A stretch of 53,334 nt of DNA from Pseudothermotoga sp. (GCA_041640575.1 JBEPZZ010000008.1:1-53334); one strand, 5' to 3'; positions 19,742-28,872 are shown, counted from the first letter of the stretch. Numbers and translations: made by a program. Notes: generated from the letters alone by a model not told the origin.

Positions 19742-20445
19742 TAAGAGATGAGAAGTTTGTCCTAGAGGTTCGAGACCTTTGGTTTCGTTATCCCGAGGAA
19801 GAATTCTTTGTGCTACAGGCTTTGAACTTTGTTTTGAAATCCGGCGAAATTGTACTTATAGTTGGAAAGAATGGCAGCGGAAAAACCACACTTCTCAAAT
19901 TACTGGCTGGCTTGGTTAAACCGACAAGTGGTATGATACTTTGGAACGGGAAGGATATATTCAATTATCCAGAATATTCCAAGAAGATCGGTTTTGTAAT
20001 GCAATATCCTGAGGATATATTTCTTTGCAGCAATGTCCGAGAGGAAATCCTTTATGCTTCTAGCAACCTAAAGGTGGGTAATTATGAAGAAAGGTTAGCC
20101 AGAGCTTGTAGCCTCACTGGTCTGGATAAGGAAATACTCACGAAGAACCCTTTTGCACTTTCTCATGGAGAAGCACGAAAAGTAGCCATTGCTGCAGCAA
20201 TAGCACACGATCCTGATTTACTAATCCTTGATGAACCATTTATTGGTCTTGACAGATTTGGGAAAAGAGCTATTATAAACATCTTGACAGCTTGGAAAGA
20301 GCATGGAAAAAGTGTCGTGCTCAGCGCTCAAAATTCAAATGTTCTGAAAGGTATGGATATAAAAGTATATTCTTTAAAAGATTGCAACCTGGAGCGAATC
20401 GATATAGGAAAAGATCGTAACATTGACAGTTTATACACTACATGA
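19738..20445 (+). CDS. ECF/CbiO-type ABC ATPase (EcfA'-like)
   Basis: GKNGSGKTT, QYPE, NPFALS, LDEP; tandem with the preceding ATPase. Confidence 0.8.
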   Translation: MIRDEKFVLEVRDLWFRYPEEEFFVLQALNFVLKSGEIVLIVGKNGSGKTTLLKLLAGLVKPTSGMILWNGKDIFNYPEYSKKIGFVMQYPEDIFLCSNVREEILYASSNLKVGNYEERLARACSLTGLDKEILTKNPFALSHGEARKVAIAAAIAHDPDLLILDEPFIGLDRFGKRAIINILTAWKEHGKSVVLSAQNSNVLKGMDIKVYSLKDCNLERIDIGKDRNIDSLYTT

Positions 20446-20451
20446 TAGAAT
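20423..20451 (+). promoter_or_regulatory. Sigma70-type promoter for tRNA-Arg
   Basis: TTGACA-17 nt-TAGAAT. Confidence 0.75.
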
Positions 20452-20462
20452 GAGAAAACGGA

Positions 20463-20537
20463 GCCCCTATAGTTCAATGGATAGAACGGCGGATTCCTAA
20501 TCCGCAAATGGAGGTTCGATTCCTCCTAGGGGCACCA
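20463..20537 (+). tRNA. tRNA-Arg(CCT)
   Basis: GCCCCTA acceptor, GCGGA-TTCCTAA-TCCGC anticodon arm, GGTTCGATTCC, CCA end. Confidence 0.95.
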
Positions 20538-20548
20538 TATTTCTTTCG

Positions 20549-20577
20549 TTGACGAAGAAGTATGTCTGTGGTAGAAT
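20549..20577 (+). promoter_or_regulatory. Sigma70-type promoter for tRNA-Lys/infC operon
   Basis: TTGACG-17 nt-TAGAAT with extended TG. Confidence 0.75.
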
Positions 20578-20600
20578 TTTAAAGCGGTTTTTAAGTTTGC

Positions 20601-20676
20601 GGGCCGTTAGCTCAGCAGGTAGAGCACCTGACTCTTAATCAGGGGGTCGCAGGTTCGAATCCTGCACGGCCCACCA
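20601..20676 (+). tRNA. tRNA-Lys(CTT)
   Basis: GGGCCGT acceptor, CCTGA-CTCTTAA-TCAGG anticodon arm, GGTTCGAATCC, CCA end. Confidence 0.96.
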
Positions 20677-20678
20677 GG

Positions 20679-20778
20679 CAAAGAGGAAGCCTTGCTTCCC
20701 ACCCCAAGACAAAGTCGAAGGGGTTCTTGCATAAAAACGAACGCTATGGGAGGCGGGCATTAGCCCGCTTTATTTTTT
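20679..20778 (+). promoter_or_regulatory. L20 leader-like attenuator upstream of infC-rpmI-rplT
   Basis: AAGAGGAAGC-CTT-GCTTCCCACC at the 5' end and terminator GGCGGGC-ATTA-GCCCGCT-TTATTTTTT; position and motif resemble the Firmicute L20 leader. Confidence 0.7.
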
Positions 20779-20795
20779 AGCATAGGGAGGCGAAA

Positions 20796-21317
20796 ATTAT
20801 CGAAAAGGAACATGTATTGCTCAAAAATGAACAAATTAAGAAACCGACTGTTAGAGTAATTGACTCAGATGGTAAGCAGATAGGTGTACTGCCAACTCGT
20901 GAAGCTATTGAAATTGCGAGAAGAAAAGGTTTAGATCTTGTTTTAGTTTCTCCAAACACTGACCCGCCTGTTGCAAGAATAATGGACTTTGGTAAGTACA
21001 TGTACCAGTTATCCAAGAAACAGAAAGAAGCTAAGAAAAAGCAGAAACAACAAGAGATAAAGCAAATGAAGTTTAGGCTAAAAATCGATGAACATGATTA
21101 TCAGACGAAGTTAAAGCATGTGAGAAGGTTTTTGGAAGACGGGAACAAAGTTAAAGTCACAGTTATGTTCAGAGGTAGGGAAATAATCTTCCAAGAGAAA
21201 GGGAAAGAAATACTTGACAGAATAGCTAAAGAAGTTAGCGATATAGGTGAGGTGGAGGGCGAACCCAAACTTGAGGGTAGAGACATGTGGATGCAGATCA
21301 AACCAAAGGGTAGTTAA
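20796..21317 (+). CDS. infC: Translation initiation factor IF-3 (ATT start)
   Basis: NEQI, DLVLVSP, PPVARIMDFGKY, KVTVMFRGRE; in-frame ATT at 20796 5 nt after GGAGG. Confidence 0.95.
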   Translation: MIEKEHVLLKNEQIKKPTVRVIDSDGKQIGVLPTREAIEIARRKGLDLVLVSPNTDPPVARIMDFGKYMYQLSKKQKEAKKKQKQQEIKQMKFRLKIDEHDYQTKLKHVRRFLEDGNKVKVTVMFRGREIIFQEKGKEILDRIAKEVSDIGEVEGEPKLEGRDMWMQIKPKGS

Positions 21318-21331
21318 GGGAGGTCATTGAG

Positions 21332-21535
21332 ATGTCGAAAACCAAGATGAAAGTCAGCAAAACGGCAGCCAAAAGATTTAGGGTAACAAAGAATGGTAAA
21401 GTTCTTTTCAATCATGCTCGAACAAGACATACTACAGGTAAGAGAAAAAGATCGGCTTTGAGAGTTTTGAGAAAGAAAGATGTATTGCAAAAAGGCGACG
21501 AAAAAAGAATCAAAAAAATGCTTGCAATGAAGTAA
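21332..21535 (+). CDS. rpmI: 50S ribosomal protein L35
   Basis: KMK..KTAAKRFRVTKNGK; between infC and rplT. Confidence 0.95.
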   Translation: MSKTKMKVSKTAAKRFRVTKNGKVLFNHARTRHTTGKRKRSALRVLRKKDVLQKGDEKRIKKMLAMK

Positions 21536-21550
21536 GAGGAGGAATGAGAC

Positions 21551-21928
21551 ATGAGAATCAAAAGATCTGTTCATGCGAAGAAAAAACGCAGACAGTTTTT
21601 AAAAGGTGTAAAAGGTTTCAGAGGAGCAATTCGCAGAAGATATAAACTAGCAAAGCAGCACTATGTTAGAGCAAAGGTATATGCATATATCGGTCGAAAA
21701 CTTAGGAAAAGGGATTTTAGAAAGATTTGGATAACAAGAATAAATATAGCCGCAAGGCAGAATGGCATCAAGTATAGCCAACTAATTCATGGTTTGAAGC
21801 TTGCAAATGTGAATATCAACAGAAAGATGTTGGCTGAACTTGCTGTAAATGATCCGGCAGCTTTTGCAGAGTACGTCAAAATCGCTAAGGAAAGTTTGAA
21901 AAAATCAACTGTTTCCTCTGCACGATAA
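21551..21928 (+). CDS. rplT: 50S ribosomal protein L20
   Basis: RKRDFRKIWITRINIAAR, NRKMLAELAVND. Confidence 0.97.
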   Translation: MRIKRSVHAKKKRRQFLKGVKGFRGAIRRRYKLAKQHYVRAKVYAYIGRKLRKRDFRKIWITRINIAARQNGIKYSQLIHGLKLANVNINRKMLAELAVNDPAAFAEYVKIAKESLKKSTVSSAR

Positions 21929-21966
21929 TTGCAGTTTGAGAAATAGTTGGCTGAGGTGGCCTTTTT

Positions 21967-23700
21967 ATGAAACTTTCCATTAGGGTTATTGGCATAATTA
22001 TTGCTATCATATTGTCAGGTACAAGTTTAGGTATATTTTTCTTAATAACAACATCAAACGTTAAGAAGTCGACTTTTGAACTCACCGAGTGGGCTTTTGA
22101 AGACAAGGTTGCTGCGGCGATAAATACTTTTGTGGATCTTGTTTCCAGAACTTATGGAAAATTGAGAATCGAGAAAAACAAATTGGTCGATGCCAATGGA
22201 ATACCAATTGATGGAAGATTTGAACTTGTTGATGCGATTTCAAAGAATATGAATATCGTTGCGACTATTTTCAAAGCTGAGGGAGATGACTTCATCAGGG
22301 TAGTGACTTCTGTAAAAAAAGACGACGGCAGCAGAGCTATTGGAACGTTCTTGGGTAAAGACAGTGCAGCGTACAATCCAGTACGAAATAAGCAGAGGTA
22401 TATTGGAAGAGCTAAGATACTTGGCAAAGATTACGTCACGGCGTACGATCCATATCTTGACGAAAATGGAAACGTAATAGGTATATTGTTCACAGGTGTT
22501 CCAACAGCTGAGTTGACTGCTGTTGGGAAAAGATATCAAACTTCACTTACAAAAACTTTGTGGGTTACTTTTGCAATAGTTATTGCTGTTTCGATAACTC
22601 TAACTGCATTTGTTTTCGAAGTGACAATGGTTAAAGGTATAAGGATGCTACATCCTGTACTCAAAGCTTTTGGTGAAGGTGATTTCACTGTAAAATACGA
22701 ATACAAAGGTCTAAGTAAAGACTTCAATGATTTGAGGGAAGCACTAGAGAAACTTAAAATTGGACTTAAACCTTTGTTCGAACAGCTACAAGGAAACACC
22801 GACAGATTGCTTATAGAAGCTCGAAATCTTTCGGTTATTGCAGAGGAAAACAGTGCAAACAGTGAAGAGCTAGCTGCTCAGATGGACAGTGTGAACAAGA
22901 ATGCGCAGAATGCATCTGCATCGATACAAGAGGTGACAAGTGGGGTAGAAGAAGTAGCGGCAAGTGCGCAGAATGTTTCCAAGGCAGCGCAAGGATTGAC
23001 AGAGAAAGCGACGTTAGTGAAAACAGCTGCAGATAAAGGTAATGAAGCAGTTAGGACGATAATTGAGATGATTACACAGACGAAGGAAGGTGCTCAGAGG
23101 ACAGAGAAGGTAGTATTAGAGTTATCAGAGAGTGCGAAGAACATAGGTACGATAGTAGAGACGATAAACAGCATAGCAGAGCAGACGAACTTATTGGCGC
23201 TGAATGCAGCGATAGAGGCAGCGAGGGCAGGTGAGGCAGGTAGGGGATTTGCGGTGGTAGCGGATGAGATAAGGAAATTAGCAGAGGAGAGTAAGAATGC
23301 TACGCAGAAGATAGGAGAGATTTTGACGAAGATACAACAAAGTTCACAGAGGGCAAGTAATGAGACGATAGAAGCGGTGAAGCAGGTAGAGAAGACGGTG
23401 GAGCAATCAGTAGTGATAGGTAAGGAGTTAGAGAACATATTGAGGGAGGTAAGAGAGATAAGTGGGATGATAGAAGGATTAGCTGCAAGTTCAGAGGAGA
23501 TGAGTGCAGCGGCGCAAGAGATGAGTAGTGCGATGGACACTGCTACGAGGTCGATAACAGAGATAGCAAGGCAGATAGAAGAGATGTTAGGTGCATTGAA
23601 ACAACAAGCTGAAGCAAGTCAACAAGTTAGTCAATCAGGTGAAGAGCTGAGTGCAATAGCGGATAGTTTAGTTGAACAGGTTAGAAAGTTCAAGATATAA
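21967..23700 (+). CDS. Methyl-accepting chemotaxis protein with Cache-type sensor domain
   Basis: Two TM helices flanking a Cache-like domain ([26 protein letters not shown]), HAMP, and [38 protein letters not shown]. Confidence 0.93.
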   Translation: MKLSIRVIGIIIAIILSGTSLGIFFLITTSNVKKSTFELTEWAFEDKVAAAINTFVDLVSRTYGKLRIEKNKLVDANGIPIDGRFELVDAISKNMNIVATIFKAEGDDFIRVVTSVKKDDGSRAIGTFLGKDSAAYNPVRNKQRYIGRAKILGKDYVTAYDPYLDENGNVIGILFTGVPTAELTAVGKRYQTSLTKTLWVTFAIVIAVSITLTAFVFEVTMVKGIRMLHPVLKAFGEGDFTVKYEYKGLSKDFNDLREALEKLKIGLKPLFEQLQGNTDRLLIEARNLSVIAEENSANSEELAAQMDSVNKNAQNASASIQEVTSGVEEVAASAQNVSKAAQGLTEKATLVKTAADKGNEAVRTIIEMITQTKEGAQRTEKVVLELSESAKNIGTIVETINSIAEQTNLLALNAAIEAARAGEAGRGFAVVADEIRKLAEESKNATQKIGEILTKIQQSSQRASNETIEAVKQVEKTVEQSVVIGKELENILREVREISGMIEGLAASSEEMSAAAQEMSSAMDTATRSITEIARQIEEMLGALKQQAEASQQVSQSGEELSAIADSLVEQVRKFKI

Positions 23701-23719
23701 CATTAGTTTTAGATTAAAC

Positions 23720-23745
23720 AAAAGGGCGCATTTGCGCCCTTTTTT
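23720..23745 (+). terminator. Rho-independent terminator after MCP
   Basis: AAAAGGGCGCA-TT-TGCGCCCTTTTTT. Confidence 0.85.
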
Positions 23746-23973
23746 ACTCTGATTCTAATTTTTGGAGAAACGAATCTTGGGTTAACGAATTAGCAAAAGT
23801 ATGTTTCGACCTTTGTATAAATTGTTTCATCAGCTAAAAGGGTTATTGATAACACTTTTATAGCTTTATTAAAATTTGATTTGACTATAAGTCAATGAAT
23901 TTAAGTACGTGATATAATCAGCTCAGAAAAAATTTTCTGAACAGATTAAGGAGGATCTAGTCTGAGTAACCTA

Positions 23974-25683
23974 GTGAAAATTTTCAACAAGAAACTGATG
24001 CAACCATTTTTGGTTTTGGAGTTGGTTTTGTTTTGTCTTTTGATCTTTTTGGTCATTCGCTTTGCTGATTTATACACCAGAAAAAAGGTAGATTCTTTGA
24101 CGCAAACTGCACAAGAATTTTTTTGCAAGGCTGATGAAGAAGTGATGAACATTATAAGAAGCTACGAGAAAGATTTAACTGCCATGATAATGCACTTGAT
24201 CAGAGAAGTTGAAATTCCGCGTTCTGAAGATAATATTCCAGTTGATTTTGAAAAACTTCGAACCATCGCAGAGACTTATTTAGACCAACTTGAGTACTAC
24301 TTCCCAGAGTACAATTTCCACTTGATATCACCTTCAGGTATTGTTTACGCCACAGATCTTTCAAATGATCGTGGATCTAATACGAAATCAACTGAGCAAC
24401 TTTGGGAACGTGTAAAGCAGTTGATCAATACGCAAAGAAATTTCGTTGAGATTATAGTAACCGATCCACTAACTGGTAGAAGGAAGTTGTATGTACTATC
24501 TGTTCTTAAGAATGGTTATATCTTTGCAATTAGTTTTTCTATAAATAATGAGATTTACAACGCTCATCTCAAATGGCTTGCAGATTTGAAGGGTTACTTT
24601 GTCAAAGATGTTAAGATCTACTTTGCCGACAATCTGATCTGGGAGTCATCAACAGGAACGATTCAAAAACCTGTGAATATTTTTGAAAAACTGTACGTAA
24701 GGATTCAAAAGAAGCAATTTGATTTGAGAATGGGTGATACATACAATCTAGTTATTTATCTAAACTTTTTTCCATTATTGTTCGTTTTGCTTCTTGGATT
24801 AATCATGACTTTAACACCTGTTATTGTTTTGAAGTTTGCCTCATCGAACTTTCAAAAAACGGTAGATAAAGACTTTCAAACGCTCAAAAATACCGTTCAA
24901 GAGTTCTTTGACAATTTGTGTGTTACGGAAAATCAAGATGTTTCAATCAAAGAGGTAGCCGATGTAATTGACACACTTGTTAAAGCCAGTCAGAAAGTCA
25001 GTGCGACTTTGGCTTCAGAGATAATAAATACAGCTACACAGCAATTACAAGTTGCCTACAATGAAATAGAAGCTTCTTACAAGAAAGTAGTGGAATTGAA
25101 CAAGGATTTGAAAAAATCGTTTTTTGATTTTGCTATCATACTCGGTGAGGTAATAGAAGGATTTGAAGATGTAACAGGCCAGCATGTCAAAAGAGTAGTA
25201 AATTTGGTTTCTAAAATAGTCGCGAAAATGGACTTAGACGAAGAATACAAAGAAGAGATAATAAACTACTCCGCTCTTCATGACGTTGGAAAAATATTCA
25301 TAGACAGGAATATACTGCTGAAACCTTCAAGATTGACACCTGAAGAATGGGAAGAGATGAAGAAACATACAATTTACGCTGAAAGAATCTTGTTTCACAA
25401 AAAATTCAAGGTAGCGTTGAATATAGCAAAGTATCATCACGAGAACTATGATGGAAGTGGATATCCTGAAGGATTGAAAGGGGAAGAAATTCCACTTGAA
25501 GCTCGAATAGTGAAGTTAGCCGATGTCTACGATGCATTAATATCAGAAAGGCCGTATAAAAAGCCGTCTTCAAAAGAGGAAGCGATTAAAATAATCACAG
25601 AAGGTGATGGAAGAACAAAACCAGAACACTTTGATCCGACTCTCTTGGCAATATTTAAACAAATAATCAATGAAATCGATTGA
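23974..25683 (+). CDS. Membrane-bound HD-GYP phosphodiesterase with extracytoplasmic sensor domain
   Basis: Two TM segments; TGQHVKRV, LHDVGK, HHENYDGSGYPEG, ADVYDAL, RPYK. Confidence 0.88.
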   Translation: MKIFNKKLMQPFLVLELVLFCLLIFLVIRFADLYTRKKVDSLTQTAQEFFCKADEEVMNIIRSYEKDLTAMIMHLIREVEIPRSEDNIPVDFEKLRTIAETYLDQLEYYFPEYNFHLISPSGIVYATDLSNDRGSNTKSTEQLWERVKQLINTQRNFVEIIVTDPLTGRRKLYVLSVLKNGYIFAISFSINNEIYNAHLKWLADLKGYFVKDVKIYFADNLIWESSTGTIQKPVNIFEKLYVRIQKKQFDLRMGDTYNLVIYLNFFPLLFVLLLGLIMTLTPVIVLKFASSNFQKTVDKDFQTLKNTVQEFFDNLCVTENQDVSIKEVADVIDTLVKASQKVSATLASEIINTATQQLQVAYNEIEASYKKVVELNKDLKKSFFDFAIILGEVIEGFEDVTGQHVKRVVNLVSKIVAKMDLDEEYKEEIINYSALHDVGKIFIDRNILLKPSRLTPEEWEEMKKHTIYAERILFHKKFKVALNIAKYHHENYDGSGYPEGLKGEEIPLEARIVKLADVYDALISERPYKKPSSKEEAIKIITEGDGRTKPEHFDPTLLAIFKQIINEID

Positions 25684-25929
25684 AAAACTGGTTGTAAAGG
25701 CGCTTTTTGATTCATGTTAAAAGATGTTGTGGTTGATAGTTTTAAGGGTTGTACAGTGTATTTAGTCAGCCGTTTGAAAGCAGAAACTTAGATTTCATCC
25801 AGATGAGAGAAAAAAGAATTCGCTTATTTGTCAGCTATCTTGTTAGAGTCTTGCTCCTAATTTAGTTGAACCCGAAATATTATAAAATAATCTTTTCAGT
25901 TTCAAACGACGGCTCGATCAAAAAACCTC

Positions 25930-25958
25930 TTGACAGGCTCTGCATGATTTGGTATTCT
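25930..25958 (+). promoter_or_regulatory. Sigma70-type promoter for leader/ABC operon
   Basis: TTGACA-17 nt-TATTCT with extended TG. Confidence 0.75.
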
Positions 25959-25987
25959 TGTACAAAAGTAAGTGAGGGGGTTTTCGG

Positions 25988-26095
25988 TTGAGTATAAGTT
26001 GTGTTTTCACTAAGGTAGGAATCTTCTCATACATCTATTGGTGGTTTAGGGGAATGCCCTCTTCTGAGATTCCCCTGCTGTTTGCTACCACATAG
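25988..26095 (+). CDS. Putative attenuator leader peptide (35 aa, Trp/aromatic-rich)
   Basis: SD GAGGGGG-7 nt-TTG; MSISCVFTKVGIFSYIYWWFRGMPSSEIPLLFATT*; tandem TGG TGG at 26039-26044. Confidence 0.75.
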   Translation: MSISCVFTKVGIFSYIYWWFRGMPSSEIPLLFATT

Positions 26096-26113
26096 ATGTA
26101 GGGGAATCTAATT

Positions 26114-26154
26114 AAAAAAGAAGAGGGCATCCAAAAAGGATGCCCTCTTTTTTT
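26114..26154 (+). terminator. Attenuator terminator upstream of the ABC operon
   Basis: AAGAGGGCATCC-AAAAA-GGATGCCCTCTT followed by T run; 5' arm can alternatively pair with 26054-26065. Confidence 0.85.
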
Positions 26155-26179
26155 AAACTGTTCATGGAGGTGTAGGTCT

Positions 26180-27154
26180 ATGAAAAAATTGATTTCCGCG
26201 GTACTTTTGATTGTTCTTTCGGTTTTAGTTCTTGGATCGGTTCGCGTCGGTATAACTCAGATTGTCGATCATCCAGCATTGAATGCGGTTTTTGACGGTA
26301 TTATGAAGACCCTTGAAAATGCAGGTTTTCGCGTTGGGATCGATGTGATAATTGACAGGCAAAACGCTCAAGGAAGTGTACAGAATGCTGTTGCTATAGC
26401 TCGAAAATTTGCAGATGAGAAGCTTGATTTTGTTGTTGCAATTACGACACCTTCTGCTCAAGCAGTAGTGCAAGTTATAACTGACAGGCCTGTTATCTTC
26501 TCAGCTGTTACTGACCCTGTTGGTGCTGGTCTGATCAAACAACTCGGAAAGAACGACTCGAATGTTGTCGGAATCTCAGACATGACTCCAGTTTCCACGC
26601 ATTTAAAACTCATCAAATTGGTCTTTCCGAATGCAAAAAAAGTGGGTGTCATCTACAATCCAGGTGAAGCAAATTCAGTTACTTTAACCAATATTGCTAA
26701 AAGTTTTGCCCCATCTGTTGGTTTGACAATTGTTGACATTCCCGGTACGAGTCCAACTGAAATGGTGACAGCCCTGAACAGCATAGGTCCAAGTGTTGAT
26801 GTTTTGTACATTGGAACAGATAACACAGCTGCATCAAGTATACAGGCAATTGGTTCAGCGGCTTTGAGATTGAAGAAACCAATAGTTGCTGCCGACATCG
26901 ATATAGCTCGTGGTGGAGGTGTGATCGGATTTGGCTTTGACTATTTCATGGTTGGAGTCGAAACTGGACAACTCTTGGTTGAATTGATAAAGGGGAAAAA
27001 GCCTCAGGATTTGGAATCTCGGGTGCTTGGAGCAGATTCTTTGCTGCTTTATATCAACCTTGATCTTGCAAAACAACTTAATATTGATATTCCAAAGGAT
27101 TTAGTTGACAGAGCAAATGTATTAGTTCAGGATGGCCGTGAGGTGAAAAAATGA
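26180..27154 (+). CDS. ABC transporter substrate-binding protein (ABC_sub_bind / TrpX-like)
   Basis: QIVDHPAL, NAQG, TPSAQ, FSAVTDPVGAGL, YNPGEANS, TDNT motifs typical of this family. Confidence 0.85.
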   Translation: MKKLISAVLLIVLSVLVLGSVRVGITQIVDHPALNAVFDGIMKTLENAGFRVGIDVIIDRQNAQGSVQNAVAIARKFADEKLDFVVAITTPSAQAVVQVITDRPVIFSAVTDPVGAGLIKQLGKNDSNVVGISDMTPVSTHLKLIKLVFPNAKKVGVIYNPGEANSVTLTNIAKSFAPSVGLTIVDIPGTSPTEMVTALNSIGPSVDVLYIGTDNTAASSIQAIGSAALRLKKPIVAADIDIARGGGVIGFGFDYFMVGVETGQLLVELIKGKKPQDLESRVLGADSLLLYINLDLAKQLNIDIPKDLVDRANVLVQDGREVKK

Positions 27155-28110
27155 TAGCTATCGTTGAACAAGGACTGTTATTGGCATTGGCCGCCATGGG
27201 TGTTTACATATCATTTCGCCTTGTGGATCTTCCTGATTTGACACCGGACGGCTCCTATGTGCTTGGTGGAGCCGTCGCGGTAGTTCTTCTTCACTCCGGC
27301 CATGGGTGGGTCTCTTCGATACTTTTCGCTGCACTGGCCGCTGGCGCGGCTGGGGCAGTTGTTGCGTTTCTAACCACCAGATTTAGGGTGAATTCACTTT
27401 TAGCATCGATACTTGTTATGACCGCATTGTACTCGTTGAGTATCAGGATAATGAATGCACCTAATTTGCCAGTTCCAAGGTTCGACACTGGAAAGATATT
27501 AGCTTACGAACAACTGACCGGAGGGACAACGTTAGATGACCTTCTAGGAAAAGTCAGTGTTAACTACGAGGCATCTGGTCTTCAAGCAGTTAAAGTACCT
27601 TTCAATAACCTTGCTGATGGAAAAGATTTGCTTTTGATAAGTTCTATAGTCTGCGTAAGTTTATTTTTACTTTGGATCTTCCTCAAAACAGAATTTGGGA
27701 TGTTGCTCAGAGGTTATGGAAAGAACAGATTTGCCGTTAAAGCATTAGGTGTAGATCCAAACTTGTATGCTTACGTTGGGTTAATAATGGGAAACATATT
27801 TGCTGGATTGTCTGGTGCTTTGTTTTCGATTTACAGTGGTTTTGCGGACGTCAACATGGGTATAGGAACTGTAGTTGTTTGTCTTGCATCAGTGATACTT
27901 GGAGAAATCATCTTTGGAAGATTGCAACCAATGTATGGTGTTCTATTTCCAGTAACTGGTGCTGTTGTGTATCAATTCTTGCTATCTTTTGCCATGAAAT
28001 ACGGCTATAGAATTGGCTTTAAACCGAGTGACATGAAGTTGCTAACCGCAGTCTTTGTCGTCTCAGTGATAGCCATCAGAAGGTTCAAGAAAAGTGAGGT
28101 GATGATATGA
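27151..28110 (+). CDS. ABC transporter permease (TrpY-like)
   Basis: GVYISFR, PDLTPDGS, GFADVNMGIG, SDMKL; multiple TM helices. Confidence 0.85.
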   Translation: MIAIVEQGLLLALAAMGVYISFRLVDLPDLTPDGSYVLGGAVAVVLLHSGHGWVSSILFAALAAGAAGAVVAFLTTRFRVNSLLASILVMTALYSLSIRIMNAPNLPVPRFDTGKILAYEQLTGGTTLDDLLGKVSVNYEASGLQAVKVPFNNLADGKDLLLISSIVCVSLFLLWIFLKTEFGMLLRGYGKNRFAVKALGVDPNLYAYVGLIMGNIFAGLSGALFSIYSGFADVNMGIGTVVVCLASVILGEIIFGRLQPMYGVLFPVTGAVVYQFLLSFAMKYGYRIGFKPSDMKLLTAVFVVSVIAIRRFKKSEVMI

Positions 28111-28868
28111 TCGAGCTTGAAAACATCACCGTGATTTACAATAAAGGAACGCTTGATGAAAAGGTTGCTTTGAAAGAGGTTAATTTGACTGTTCAGCCAG
28201 GGGAGTTCTTTGTTATTGTTGGGTCAAACGGCGCCGGTAAATCGACTTTATTGAAGGTTATAGTTGGTGATGTAAAGCCAACAGAAGGATTTTGTAAGGT
28301 CTTCGGGCAAATTGTCAAACCCGAAAAGATTTTCAAACAAGCGAGTATCGTCTGCCAAGATCCTGATATGGGAGTTTTTCCAAATCTTTCAATAGAGGAA
28401 AATTTGATTTTAGCAGGAAAAAAAGGATTGAGAGGATTTAGCTTTGGAAGGATTAGTGAAAAAATCTTGGATTTGCTTGTTTCTACGAAGATGGGACTGG
28501 AGTATGATTTAAAGAGAAAAGCGTCCAAACTTTCTGGTGGGCAAAAACAAGCACTTGCGATTGTAATGGCTGTAGCTTCGGAACCTAAACTGTTGCTCTT
28601 GGATGAACATACCGCTGCACTTGATCCAAAAAGTACGGAAACCATTATGGAATTAACCGAGAGAATAAACAAAGAGTTTGGAACAACTATTCTGATGATA
28701 ACTCATGACATGAGCATAGCGGAACAATTCGGTAACACAATTGTTGTCCTAGAGAATGGTAAAATAATTGCAATGATCGACAAACGAAAAGAAAAGGTTG
28801 CTGCTTCACAGTTAAAAGCAATGATAAGGTCGGCACAACTTTCTTGGGTACCAAGGCATCCGGGGTGA
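28107..28868 (+). CDS. ABC transporter ATP-binding protein (TrpZ-like)
   Basis: GSNGAGKST, LSGGQKQ, LLLLDEHTAALDP (DEH variant of this family), MITH. Confidence 0.88.
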   Translation: MIELENITVIYNKGTLDEKVALKEVNLTVQPGEFFVIVGSNGAGKSTLLKVIVGDVKPTEGFCKVFGQIVKPEKIFKQASIVCQDPDMGVFPNLSIEENLILAGKKGLRGFSFGRISEKILDLLVSTKMGLEYDLKRKASKLSGGQKQALAIVMAVASEPKLLLLDEHTAALDPKSTETIMELTERINKEFGTTILMITHDMSIAEQFGNTIVVLENGKIIAMIDKRKEKVAASQLKAMIRSAQLSWVPRHPG

Positions 28869-28872
28869 AAAG

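Noticed and set aside
25960..26160. T-box riboswitch upstream of the TrpXYZ-like transporter
   Set aside because: No T-box consensus (AANNNGGGTGGTACCGCG) just before the terminator and no AGAGA/GNTG stem I motifs. The TGGTGG present is in-frame Trp codons of a leader ORF.
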